DNA of 64,000 nucleotides from Candidatus Bruticola papionis (GCA_002407045.1 DHKB01000048.1:22585-86584), one strand, 5' to 3'; positions 29,795 to 39,423 are shown, counted from the first letter of the stretch. Made by a program: numbers and translations. The notes: generated by a model not told the origin, from the letters alone.

Positions 29795-32167
29795 ATGGTC
29801 AGCAAACAAAGGAAAGGTATAGTGCTGATAACGACTATGCTCACAGTCGTTTTGGTTATTATGCTCTTAAGTTCGGTTGTATATTCCAATCTTGGCAGTT
29901 TAAGGCTTACTACCAATTTCTACGACAAAGAAACTGCCCTCATGGCTGCTCAGTCCGGCGCCCAATATGCTATCACCCGTCTACAAAACAATATTCTTTG
30001 GAAAGCTGATCCTACAACTGCTTACAAGCTGAAGACCAACAATTTTGAAGTAAAAGAAGAAGACGGCAATGTTTGGGGCATCTTAACCAGCACCAATGGC
30101 AAAAAATCTGTTTTCCGCATTAAATTTAATTGCGAAGACGGAGACGGTGGCTTGGACGGCATGAGAAATAGCGACCAAAAGATTGAGTCTCCTTATATTT
30201 CCACCAACAATTTGAGCAATAGTGTTCCTTGTTTAGCTTACCCAGCCGATAAAAATGGTGTAGTTAGGGGTAAAAACGTCAACAACGGGACAAAGACAGT
30301 ATTCAAGCCAGATACGGGTGTAAATGCTATTACAGTGCCCAAGGCTACTTGCAATTTAATAGTAGAAGGTTTCAGCGGCCCAGCTGTGCGCCAAGCCACT
30401 TTAGACAAACCTTTCAACTCAACTTCTGGGTACGCCAGTCAAGTAGTCGAACTTTATATATCTATAGATCCTAACTCTTTAAAATCAGACGCTGTAGTTA
30501 GTGCTGCAGGCAATATTACTGCCGATGTAAATCAATTTGCTTTGCGCACTTCCGAAGGCAGCGGCGCTCCCAATATGCGTTCTTTGGGCAATATCGACTT
30601 AAATATAAGTCAAGGTTTAGGTATAAGCAACGATACTACAGTTTATTATGGCGACTATTTCAATGTAAACGGCAGCCATAACGACCAAATAAAATCCCAG
30701 CAAAGCGATTCTGGTAAAAACTTCACAGCCATCACTTGGAATGACGTCCCCAAAGCTTCTGAAAATGATAATCCCATTACTCCAGGTACTTATGTTTGGG
30801 TTCGCAATGGCAGCCAGAACGAATTGCGCCACTATGCCAACAAAATCTACTACTACGGCACCACACTTCCAGATTCTGGCTATGAAGTCATGAATAAAGG
30901 TAATAACAAGTTTTCTGTTAACAACGAAAACTTGACTATCATGTTTGATAAAAATACTTATGTAGGCGGCGATATACTTATTCGTTCTGACATAAATGAG
31001 TATGGTACGCGCCCTATCGTAGGTTTTGCCAATGAAAAGAAAGGCGACAACAAAACCACCATTTTGACCAGTACTGGCAATGTTATGATCTCCGGCGCTA
31101 CTATTGGCAACGGTGCTATTACAGCTGCTGGCAATATAAATATACAAGGGCCCAGCATTTTGGAATCGGATCCCGGAGTAGGCGTCTCTATCTATGCCAA
31201 AGGCGACGTCAATTTGGAAACAATCTATAATACTACCGCCCATATGGAAGAAGTGCTGCCTACCGAAAATAAGGATACCCAAAAGCCTTACGATAACATA
31301 ACCGTAGATCCCACTACCGGCTTAGTTGAAGAAAAAGAGACTATAACCCAAGTCCCTACCGGAAGCGAACTTGAAGATGCCACTCTCAGTGCCGCCAACG
31401 AAACCAGCGTCAATCTCCGAAATTCTTGTGATTTGTGCCGGAATGCCCATAGGATTTATTGTTGCAGTGGTTCGGATAAAAGCCAATGGGGCTTTGTCAA
31501 TACGCCAGAAGCCATTGAATATTTACGCAATGTTTATGTCAAAGGTTTTAATGATACTGATCATAATAACGACGCCTTAAAGTATTACAAGCAGGTAGAC
31601 ACCAATGTTACTTTGTGCGGTTGTTTGTTCCATGACGGCGAAGAAATTAGGCCTCGTCCCCAAGAGCACAAAGACAGTTGTGAGTATTATAAAGACGTAA
31701 AGAAAATCTATAAACAAGCTCAAAAAGACGCTAAAAACAAGAAGAACTCCACCGATGAAGACAACGATATGACTACTGTTAAAGATCCAGACCTTAGCGA
31801 CAAATTAGTAGCTTCCGACCAACAAACTACCAACTACGAAAACTATAAAAGAGATCAACTTACTGAGCTGATAGGCCGCTATAATGGCATAAATTATTCA
31901 GACCAAGAAATTGCTGGTGTTATTTATGCTTGCGGTAATATCAATGTCAATATTGGCAAAGATAGTCGCTTAAATTTGACCGGTTCTATGGTAGCTTATG
32001 GTAAAGATCCGCAAAAAGATGGTGAAGCTACAAAATCCAATGGCAAAGGCAACATTTACTATAAAGCTAAAAGTGTAGAAATGACCTTCGATCCCAACTA
32101 CATCAATAAACTCTTAGAGGTAGCTGCTCAGCGCAAAGTTAAAATCAAGATGTTTGCCAACTACTAG
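29795..32167 (+). CDS. Paralog 4 of 4: pseudopilin-like/signal-anchored large surface protein with Cys-rich insert
   Basis: AGGAG SD is present. The N-terminal module RKGIVLITTMLTVVLVIMLLSSVVYSN is present. Paralog 4 is closest to paralog 3 (shared TTNFYDKE.ALMAAQSGAQYAITRLQ and the ...KMFANY C-terminus). Confidence 0.7.
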   Translation: MVSKQRKGIVLITTMLTVVLVIMLLSSVVYSNLGSLRLTTNFYDKETALMAAQSGAQYAITRLQNNILWKADPTTAYKLKTNNFEVKEEDGNVWGILTSTNGKKSVFRIKFNCEDGDGGLDGMRNSDQKIESPYISTNNLSNSVPCLAYPADKNGVVRGKNVNNGTKTVFKPDTGVNAITVPKATCNLIVEGFSGPAVRQATLDKPFNSTSGYASQVVELYISIDPNSLKSDAVVSAAGNITADVNQFALRTSEGSGAPNMRSLGNIDLNISQGLGISNDTTVYYGDYFNVNGSHNDQIKSQQSDSGKNFTAITWNDVPKASENDNPITPGTYVWVRNGSQNELRHYANKIYYYGTTLPDSGYEVMNKGNNKFSVNNENLTIMFDKNTYVGGDILIRSDINEYGTRPIVGFANEKKGDNKTTILTSTGNVMISGATIGNGAITAAGNINIQGPSILESDPGVGVSIYAKGDVNLETIYNTTAHMEEVLPTENKDTQKPYDNITVDPTTGLVEEKETITQVPTGSELEDATLSAANETSVNLRNSCDLCRNAHRIYCCSGSDKSQWGFVNTPEAIEYLRNVYVKGFNDTDHNNDALKYYKQVDTNVTLCGCLFHDGEEIRPRPQEHKDSCEYYKDVKKIYKQAQKDAKNKKNSTDEDNDMTTVKDPDLSDKLVASDQQTTNYENYKRDQLTELIGRYNGINYSDQEIAGVIYACGNINVNIGKDSRLNLTGSMVAYGKDPQKDGEATKSNGKGNIYYKAKSVEMTFDPNYINKLLEVAAQRKVKIKMFANY

Positions 32168-32193
32168 TTGCTTTGCTCACGGTATTGAAGTAA

Positions 32194-32238
32194 AAGGCCG
32201 TCACTTCCTAAAAAGGAATGGCGGCCTTTACTTTTTAG
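32194..32238 (+). terminator. Terminator after paralog 4
   Basis: Imperfect hairpin ggccgtcacttcc/ggaatggcggcc followed by tttactttttag. Confidence 0.5.
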
Positions 32239-32262
32239 CCATAAATTTGCTTCAATATCGAT

Positions 32263-33102
32263 ATGTGCAATAGAATCCGCATTTTACAAGCTCAAATGAA
32301 AACAACTCCCCTACCCGACGAAGCTATTGCCGAAGTGCAAGAAATTTGTCACCAAGCTCAAAGCCAAAGAGTCAATCTTGTATCTTTACCAGAGATGTTT
32401 TGCTGTCCTTATAAAACCGAAAGCTTCCCTCTTTATGCTGAACCGGAAGGAGGACAAATTTTTTCGGCTTGCGCTACCATAGCTAAAAAATACAAGTTAT
32501 ATTTGGCTGCCGGTTCTATGGCAGAACGAGACGGGCAAGGCCATATTTACAACACAGCTTATGTTTTTAATCCCCAAGGCGAGCTGGTTGCCAAACATAG
32601 AAAAATTCATCTTTTCGACATAGATATAAAAAATGGACAAACTTTCAAAGAATCTAATACTTTAAGTCCTGGACAAAATATAACCGTATTTCCAACTGAA
32701 TTTGGCCCCATTGGCCTATGCATTTGTTACGATTTTCGTTTTCCTGAATTGGGTCGCTTGATGGCTTTGCAAGGAGCACAAATTGTATTAGTGCCAGCCG
32801 CTTTCAATTTAACTACAGGCCCTTTACATTGGGAGCTCACCTTTAGAAGTCAAGCTGTCTTTAACCAATTTTTTGCTTTAGGTACAGCTCCAGCTCGAGA
32901 CCTTTCAGCTTCATACCACTCCTGGGGACACACTATTGCCGTAGACCCTTGGGGACAAATTTTAGCAGAATTAAATGAAAAAGAAGGTCAACAGATAGTC
33001 GACTTAGACTTAAATCGAGTAAAAGAAGTACGCCAGCAACTTCCCTTATTACAGCATAGGCGCACCGATCTCTACTCCCTGACGCTCAATAAGCTAAATT
33101 AA
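32263..33102 (+). CDS. Carbon-nitrogen hydrolase family (nitrilase superfamily) amidohydrolase
   Basis: Catalytic Glu region (VSLPEMF), Lys (KHRKIHLFD) and Cys (GLCICYDFRFPEL) in the canonical order. The 279-aa length fits the family. Confidence 0.75.
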   Translation: MCNRIRILQAQMKTTPLPDEAIAEVQEICHQAQSQRVNLVSLPEMFCCPYKTESFPLYAEPEGGQIFSACATIAKKYKLYLAAGSMAERDGQGHIYNTAYVFNPQGELVAKHRKIHLFDIDIKNGQTFKESNTLSPGQNITVFPTEFGPIGLCICYDFRFPELGRLMALQGAQIVLVPAAFNLTTGPLHWELTFRSQAVFNQFFALGTAPARDLSASYHSWGHTIAVDPWGQILAELNEKEGQQIVDLDLNRVKEVRQQLPLLQHRRTDLYSLTLNKLN

Positions 33103-33311
33103 ATGCCTGCACTGATTGCTAAATTATGGCGTATCCCTTATTTTGCATAGCTTACTAAGCCTCAGGCCTCTTTAAGACAGACTTGTGGGGCAGGTTTGCA
33201 GCTTGAGAAGTGCGAATTTTTTTCACTTTCACGCGGAGTGTTGCAAAATAGGTTAAGCTAGCAAAAGAAACTATTAGATAGGACTCTGCAAAAGATCATA
33301 TACGCAGAGAG

Positions 33312-34922
33312 GTGGCTCTATTGTCCGAAGAAAAATCAACAAATGCGGCAACTTCCTCCGCCGACTTGGCTAAGCCGTCAGCGGAAACGGAAAGCGCAAC
33401 AGCAAAAACCGAAGTAAAAAATTCTCAACAGCCCAAAGGTTTATATTGGCTCTTCGGTGCCGAAGCTTGGGAGCGTTTCAGCTATTATGGCATGCGCGCC
33501 ATTTTGGTATTGTACTTGGTTAGTCAGTTGCAATATGACCGCAAAGACGCCTTAGCTCTCTATGGCATCTATACAGGTTTGGTTTACCTAACTCCCCTTA
33601 TCGGAGGCTATCTTTCCGACCGCTTCTTGGGAGCTCGCAAAGCCGTAATTATCGGCGGTTGCACTATGGCCATAGGTGAGTTATTGCTCTCTCACCCTAC
33701 ATTTCTTTATCCTGCTCTCACCCTTTTAATTTTAGGTAACGGCTTCTTTAAACCGAATATTTCTAATATTGTTGGCGGTCTCTACGAAGAAAACGATCCT
33801 CGTCGAGACGGTGGTTTCACCATATTTTATATGGGCATCAATTTGGGTGCCTTCTTCTCACCACTCATTTGCGGAAGTTTAGGCCAAACGTTCGGCTGGT
33901 CTTGGGGCTTTATAGCCGCTGGTATCGGTATGATCATTGGCCAGATTATTTTCAACTTAGGCCAAAGCCGCTTTAACGGCGCTGGCATGCCTCCTGAATT
34001 CAAAGGTCCCATCGAAGACGCTCACCTTCACACCAAAGACTACTTTGAAGTGGTTTACTGGATTCTCGGCATTGTCGGCATTACGGCTGCTGCTTGCGCT
34101 CTCTGGTCTTTCACCAAAACAGAATCTTTCAGCCTCACCTCTTCTCCCTTGCCCGTAGCTGTTGGTATTGGCATTTTAGTGACTGTAGGAATTAGCTACC
34201 TCTTCACCCATAAGCATGCTGACGACTCTAAAGAGCAAAAAGAAGACGAAAAAGATTCCAAGCTTACCATAGAAGAGATACACAGATTGTGCGTAATCGT
34301 CATTATCACCATGTTTGTGGCCTTCTTCTGGTTAGGATTCGAGCAAGCTGGCGGTACGCTTACTTTATTCGCTGAAGAACAAACTCAACGAGTAGTCAAT
34401 TGCTTAGGCAAAGTCTTCACCATCCCCGCTTCTTGGTTCCAATCTATCAACCCCTTCATTATTTGCACCTTCGCCCCGCTCTTCTCTATGATGTGGTACA
34501 AGTGGGACAACTCTAAATATGCAATTTCCATACCGGCCAAGATCGGTTTGGGTATGATCATTTTGGGTTTGGGCTTTATCGTAATGTTTATGGGCAGCAG
34601 CTTGGCTGCAGACGGCACAAAAGTAAGCCCCATGTGGCTGGTCAGTGTTTACTTCTTGCACACCATGGGTGAACTTTGCCTCTCTCCAGTGGGCTTATCT
34701 ATGGTTTCTAAGCTGTCTCCTCATCGTTTAATGTCCATTATGATGGGCTTCTGGTTCCTCTCTTCAGCTGCCGCCAACTACTTCGCCGGCATTTTAGAAG
34801 CAACCTTACATGCCTATCAAATTAACATGTGGTTCTTCCTGATTTGCTCTTCTATCGGCTCCGGTATTTTGGTGCTGATGTTGACTCCTCTGTTGAAGAA
34901 ATGGATGCATGGTAAAGTTTAG
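33312..34922 (+). CDS. POT/PTR2 family proton-dependent oligopeptide transporter
   Basis: PTR2 signature WLFGAEAWERFSYYGMRAILVLYLV and 12+ TM segments. GTG start; the position of the start is uncertain. Confidence 0.8.
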   Translation: MALLSEEKSTNAATSSADLAKPSAETESATAKTEVKNSQQPKGLYWLFGAEAWERFSYYGMRAILVLYLVSQLQYDRKDALALYGIYTGLVYLTPLIGGYLSDRFLGARKAVIIGGCTMAIGELLLSHPTFLYPALTLLILGNGFFKPNISNIVGGLYEENDPRRDGGFTIFYMGINLGAFFSPLICGSLGQTFGWSWGFIAAGIGMIIGQIIFNLGQSRFNGAGMPPEFKGPIEDAHLHTKDYFEVVYWILGIVGITAAACALWSFTKTESFSLTSSPLPVAVGIGILVTVGISYLFTHKHADDSKEQKEDEKDSKLTIEEIHRLCVIVIITMFVAFFWLGFEQAGGTLTLFAEEQTQRVVNCLGKVFTIPASWFQSINPFIICTFAPLFSMMWYKWDNSKYAISIPAKIGLGMIILGLGFIVMFMGSSLAADGTKVSPMWLVSVYFLHTMGELCLSPVGLSMVSKLSPHRLMSIMMGFWFLSSAAANYFAGILEATLHAYQINMWFFLICSSIGSGILVLMLTPLLKKWMHGKV

Positions 34923-34939
34923 TCAAACTATAAGCTACT

Positions 34940-34978
34940 AAAAAAATGGACTTTCAATTGTGAAAGTCCATTTTTTTA
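34940..34978. terminator. Bidirectional terminator between convergent POT and MFS genes
   Basis: An A-tract, then an 11-bp perfect stem atggactttca/tgaaagtccat with a 4-nt loop, then a T-tract. Confidence 0.75.
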
Positions 34979-34982
34979 TCTA

Positions 34983-36176
34983 TTAAGCGGCCACATTTAC
35001 TTTAGCTAAATCGCTATTCTCAATGCGTCCAGCCAACCAAGCAAAAAAGGTAGAAATCACCGCAGCCATTATAAAAACTGCTGAAACAGAATGAGCAATA
35101 TTACCTAAGCCAACCAAAGGCGAAACTAAACCTCCAACAATAAAACCTAAAGCTCCAAAGACTGCCGAACCAGCACCAGCTTGGTCACGAACCTCATTCA
35201 TAGCTAAAGCGGTAGCAGCCGTAAAGGTCATGCCCATAGCAAAACAGAGAGCTGTTACAATTATTTCATATACAATTAAAGAAGAGCCCCAATTTAAAGC
35301 TAAAGCAGCAGCTACAGCACCAAGCAGCATGCCAACGCAACTATAAGAGATACATTTTTCCTGTTTTTCAAATTTGGCCGATACAGCGGCTCCCACAGCA
35401 ATAGCAATAGAGTTAATAGCAAAATATAAGCTAAAAACAAAAGCGCTTTTGTGGTGCAAATTTTGAATTAAAAATGGTGAGGAAGCAATATTACCAAAAA
35501 GTATGCCTTGGGCAGCGGCCATTTGCAAAACATAACTTATAAAACGTTTTTTTCTGATAACTGCCCCAAACATCTTCAAAATAGACGCCCATTCTTCCTG
35601 AGAGCGCCTACTTTCTTCGAGAGTTTCTTTATAGCATAAGCACATAAAACCTATAATTAAACCAAGTGCTAATAAAATAGTAAAAATACCACGCCAACCG
35701 ATATAGTCACAAAAAACTCCACCTATAATAGGAGCAGCAACAGGAGCTATACCATTGATAGCTCCCACAATAGCCAAAGCCTTGGCCAACTCACAACCGG
35801 AGAATTTATCAGCAGCAATAGAGCGAGCAATAACAATGCCACCAGCACCAGCAACACCTTGTAAAAAGCGCATTCCCAAAAAGAATTCAATATTGGGGGA
35901 AAAGATACAAGCCAACGTTGAAGCAACAAATATGGCCATGGAAATAAGTAAAGGGTGACGGCGGCCAATTTTATCGCTTAAAGGGCCAAAGCCAAGTTGC
36001 CCAAGAGCTAGACCCAACATAGAGAAAGTCAATCCCAGCTGAACTTGGGACATGCTAGTGGAAAAATATTCAGTCATAGAGGGCAAAGTGGGCAAGTACA
36101 TATCGGTAACAAAAGGCCCAAAGGCAGTCAAGACGCCCATAAATAAAAGCAAAAAGGCTCTGGAATTATCTTTCAT
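34983..36176 (-). CDS. MFS transporter, Bcr/CflA drug-resistance subfamily
   Basis: 12-TM MFS with the N-terminus ...LLLFMGVLTAFGPFVTDMYLPTLP typical of Bcr/CflA. The start is chosen at the ATG preceded by GAGG (MKDNSRAF...). Confidence 0.75.
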   Translation of the reverse strand: MKDNSRAFLLLFMGVLTAFGPFVTDMYLPTLPSMTEYFSTSMSQVQLGLTFSMLGLALGQLGFGPLSDKIGRRHPLLISMAIFVASTLACIFSPNIEFFLGMRFLQGVAGAGGIVIARSIAADKFSGCELAKALAIVGAINGIAPVAAPIIGGVFCDYIGWRGIFTILLALGLIIGFMCLCYKETLEESRRSQEEWASILKMFGAVIRKKRFISYVLQMAAAQGILFGNIASSPFLIQNLHHKSAFVFSLYFAINSIAIAVGAAVSAKFEKQEKCISYSCVGMLLGAVAAALALNWGSSLIVYEIIVTALCFAMGMTFTAATALAMNEVRDQAGAGSAVFGALGFIVGGLVSPLVGLGNIAHSVSAVFIMAAVISTFFAWLAGRIENSDLAKVNVAA

Positions 36177-36335
36177 GAAAAACCTCAAATACACAAAAAA
36201 AGCAAAACCACAAGGCAAAAACCAGCTTGATCTTACGCCTAATAATTTTGCTACACATCTGAAAAAAATTGTATAAAAAACTAAACGAACCCCATATTAC
36301 CCTAATTTAAGTTTAATTCCTCCTCTACTCAAGTT

Positions 36336-36389
36336 AAAAAAAACTTCTAAAAAAAACAAGTAGCGGACAGCTACTAAAGAGCTGCCCGC
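36336..36389 (-). terminator. Rho-independent terminator of htpG
   Basis: On the minus strand the hairpin gcgggcagct...agctgtccgc is followed by two T8 tracts. Confidence 0.6.
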
Positions 36390-36434
36390 CACTCATATAT
36401 TAGATTAAATTAAGCAAAACAAAATCTTTTAACT

Positions 36435-38366
36435 CTAGTGTAAAGCTTTGCTAATCACCTTGCTTAAAGAAGCAGAGAAACTAGCCGGATCGGTAAGCTC
36501 GCCACCTTCAGCCAAAATAGCCTGATCATAAATCAAATTCACGACAGATTTAAGATCTTCGCTATCGCCATCCTTACTATAAAGCTCATGCAAACGTTTA
36601 ATAATAGGATGTTCGGGGTTAATTTCCAAGACGCGTTTTACAGCAGGGAAATTCTGTCCCATAGCCTTCATAATCTTTTCCATTGAAGGTGTAGGATCAT
36701 TTTCATCAGAGACAAGGCAAGCAGGCGAATCGGTGAGTCGGTTAGATACACGTACTTCTTTGACTTTGTTCTCTAAATCGCTGCCCATCCAAGCAGTCAT
36801 AGTAGCCAAGTCTTTGCGCTGCGTTTCTAATTTTTCTTCAGCAGCTTTCTTCTCAGCTTCATCGCCTAATTCGAGAGCCCCACGCAGCACAGACTTAAAC
36901 TTCTTGCCTTGGTATTCACTGACCATTTCCACCCAAACAGAGTCGATAGGATCACTTAAAATTAAGACCTCAATGCCCTTGGCCTTAAAAACTTCCATTT
37001 GCGGAGCTTTGGCTAAACGTTCGCGATTTTCGCCAGTAATATAATAAATATTCTCCTGGCCCTCTTTCATGCGAGAGATATAATCTTTAAGAGTGGTCAA
37101 TTCAGCAGAATTGGTAGAATCGGCCAACATAACATCTAAAATTCTCTCGCGGTTGGAAGCATCGTTATACAGCCCCTCTTTGAGCACTTTACCAAACTCT
37201 TTCCAGAATTTGCGATACTCTTCGGGTTTTTCTTCTAACATGTTCTTGAGTACGCTCAAGACCTTGCGAACAATGCTCTTGTTAATGGCCTTAATCTGAC
37301 GATCTTTTTGCAAAATTTCTCGCGAGACATTAAGGGAAAGATCGCTAGAATCAACCACACCACGCAAGAAGCGCAGATAAGGAGGCAAAAGCTCTTCGCA
37401 ATCGTCCATAATAAAGACGCGCTTTACGTAAAGCTGGACGCCTCTCTTGCTCTCTGGCATGTACAAGTCGAAAGGAGCTTTGGCCGGAATGAAAAGCAAA
37501 GCCTGGAATTCAAATGTACCCTCACCCTTCATGGTGATGACTTTTAAAGGATCTTGCCAATCGTGAGCTATACGACGATAAAAGTCGTTATATTCCTTAG
37601 GTTCGACTTCGCTTTCAGGACGAGCCCAAAGAGCCTTCATAGAATTGAGAGTTTCTAACTCCTGCTTTTCAATGGTCTTAGGCTCTTCGCCCTCTTTCTC
37701 GGCAGGAACGGTTTCCCGTTTGGTAACCATCATCTCAATGGGATACGAAATAAAATCGGAATAGCGCTTTACCAAATCGCGGATAACCCACTCTTGAGTA
37801 TAGTCAGCTAATTCATTTTCTTCGTCGGCATCTTTCAAGTACAAAGTAATGGAAGTACCCTGGGGAAGTGGACCAGCCTCTTCAATGGTATAAGATCCAT
37901 CTCCAGCAGATTCCCAGCGATAACCTTCTTTATCTCCAAGCTTGCGAGTTTCGATAACAGCCTTCTTGGCGACCATAAATACAGAGTAAAAACCTACACC
38001 AAATTGTCCAATCAGTTCGGCAGCTTCCGATTTATTCTCGGTAGCTTTTTGCAAGAACTCGGCAGTTCCAGAACGAGCGATAGTGCCGATTAAGCCCTTA
38101 AGATCTTCGGCATTCATACCGATACCGTTATCAATAACTTTCAAAGTGCGCTTTTCGGTATCACGCTCAATAGTAATGTGCAAATTGGAAAGATCTGCTT
38201 CCAACTCTGAATTTTTCAACGCTTCCAAGCGCAATTTATCTAAAGCGTCAGAAGCATTGGAGAGCAATTCACGTAAAAAGATTTCTTTATTGGAATAAAT
38301 TGAATTGATAACTAAGTTTAAAAGTTGACGAGCCTGAGCTTGAAATTCGTATGTTTGCGCGGCCAT
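36435..38366 (-). CDS. htpG: Molecular chaperone HtpG (Hsp90)
   Basis: N-terminal GHKL ATPase motif NKEIFLRELLSNASDALDK, the GQFGVGFYS motif, and the middle and C-terminal domains are present. The start is at the Met of MAAQTYEF. Confidence 0.9.
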   Translation of the reverse strand: MAAQTYEFQAQARQLLNLVINSIYSNKEIFLRELLSNASDALDKLRLEALKNSELEADLSNLHITIERDTEKRTLKVIDNGIGMNAEDLKGLIGTIARSGTAEFLQKATENKSEAAELIGQFGVGFYSVFMVAKKAVIETRKLGDKEGYRWESAGDGSYTIEEAGPLPQGTSITLYLKDADEENELADYTQEWVIRDLVKRYSDFISYPIEMMVTKRETVPAEKEGEEPKTIEKQELETLNSMKALWARPESEVEPKEYNDFYRRIAHDWQDPLKVITMKGEGTFEFQALLFIPAKAPFDLYMPESKRGVQLYVKRVFIMDDCEELLPPYLRFLRGVVDSSDLSLNVSREILQKDRQIKAINKSIVRKVLSVLKNMLEEKPEEYRKFWKEFGKVLKEGLYNDASNRERILDVMLADSTNSAELTTLKDYISRMKEGQENIYYITGENRERLAKAPQMEVFKAKGIEVLILSDPIDSVWVEMVSEYQGKKFKSVLRGALELGDEAEKKAAEEKLETQRKDLATMTAWMGSDLENKVKEVRVSNRLTDSPACLVSDENDPTPSMEKIMKAMGQNFPAVKRVLEINPEHPIIKRLHELYSKDGDSEDLKSVVNLIYDQAILAEGGELTDPASFSASLSKVISKALH

Positions 38367-38616
38367 AACTAGAACCCCACTAAATAAAATTCTCAACAAA
38401 TGGCACTTCAGGTAACAAATCCTTGTCGTACAACCTTAAGTACCTCTCCCCCCACAACGGAGATGAAATCCACCGCCTCTTATTATAGCTGCTCTTTATT
38501 TTATTAACGTTAGAATTTATACCATTGGTTTATATTTTTTTGTTTCTCCCCCCAAAAAGAGAAAAAAAATAGACGTTTCCGACTATATAGCCGAAAATGT
38601 CTACTCATAATAACAT

Positions 38617-38670
38617 GTGCGCTCAAAATACCTTTCTCGCTCTAAGCAAGAAAGAAATACGAGAGCGCAC
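38617..38670 (-). terminator. Inverted repeat 15 nt downstream of the 38685 gene (putative terminator)
   Basis: gtgcgctc ... gagcgcac with inner complementary segments. It was checked against the CIRCE consensus and does not match. Confidence 0.35.
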
Positions 38671-38684
38671 TGCTCAGCTGAGAA

Positions 38685-39218
38685 TTACTTCTCTACGATA
38701 GGCTTGGCAACCACGGGGTTGACCGGATCCCAAACGATGAACTTAACATCTAAGTTCTGTACGCCCTTAGACTCAATGCGGACGCGCACTTTGTCATATT
38801 TACGCTCGCAGGGGAAGCTGTAATTGTCACTCAATCTGGCATTCTTGCGAGTAGCCAAAAGAGTACCATCGGGAGCATAGAAATATACATCTAAATTCTC
38901 GATGGAATTGTAGGTGCGGCCAGTGCCCAGCAAAGTTTCACCAGGAGCAGCGGGTTCCTTATGAACCAAAGCTTTAGGAGCTTCGATTCTCCAAGAAGTA
39001 CCGTTTACTACATCAAATTCGACGTAGCTGTTTTCATAGAAGAAGAAACTGGTATTGTAAGAGGGATACTCATAAATACTATAAGTGTAAGGACCGAACT
39101 CAGTTACTAAGTTCACGGTCTTCATGCTCTCATCCGCCATAGCCGGCGCAGCACCTACCGCTAGGCAGCCCAGCGACAAAGTGGCCAGCAGGAAGAGTGT
39201 GGCTGTGAATTTACGCAT
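38685..39218 (-). CDS. Small secreted hypothetical protein
   Basis: Signal peptide MRKFTATLFLLATLSLGCLAVGAAPAMA. The mature part is Tyr/Asn-rich and looks beta-rich. GGAG lies upstream of the ATG. Confidence 0.6.
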   Translation of the reverse strand: MRKFTATLFLLATLSLGCLAVGAAPAMADESMKTVNLVTEFGPYTYSIYEYPSYNTSFFFYENSYVEFDVVNGTSWRIEAPKALVHKEPAAPGETLLGTGRTYNSIENLDVYFYAPDGTLLATRKNARLSDNYSFPCERKYDKVRVRIESKGVQNLDVKFIVWDPVNPVVAKPIVEK

Positions 39219-39423
39219 TTAGCCTACTCCACTCGCTTTCTCGGCCCTCAAGGGCCATCTCAATGTTGACGGGACCATTTTTGACAGCCCCAAAAACGAA
39301 ACTGCCGAACACAATTCCTTACGTTTCGTGAAGGACAGCCCGCCCTAAGCAGTTCAGTTTTGTAACGAACTTTCGTGATCGGTTCTACAGTTCCAATTGT
39401 TCTCCTTCCGCTCAAAAAGCCTT

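Noticed and set aside
30617-31282. 221-aa minus-strand ORF inside paralog 4. Similar antisense ORFs lie inside other long genes (3289-3675, 14493-14831, 25595-25846, 49958-50470, 40564-40929).
   Set aside because: Each is fully embedded antisense to a strongly supported CDS. They have low-complexity or odd composition and no SD, so they are spurious.
31900-32167. The C-terminal aromatic residue (..MFANY/..SSF) of the paralogs as an OMP beta-barrel signal or autotransporter.
   Set aside because: The conserved C-terminal module is only ~110 aa. That is too short for a 12-strand barrel, and the alternating hydrophobic pattern is inconsistent across paralogs. It is kept only as a note.
38617-38670. 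Possible CIRCE or HrcA operator upstream of htpG.
   Set aside because: The inverted repeat does not match TTAGCACTC-N9-GAGTGCTAA. It was interpreted as the terminator of the upstream gene.
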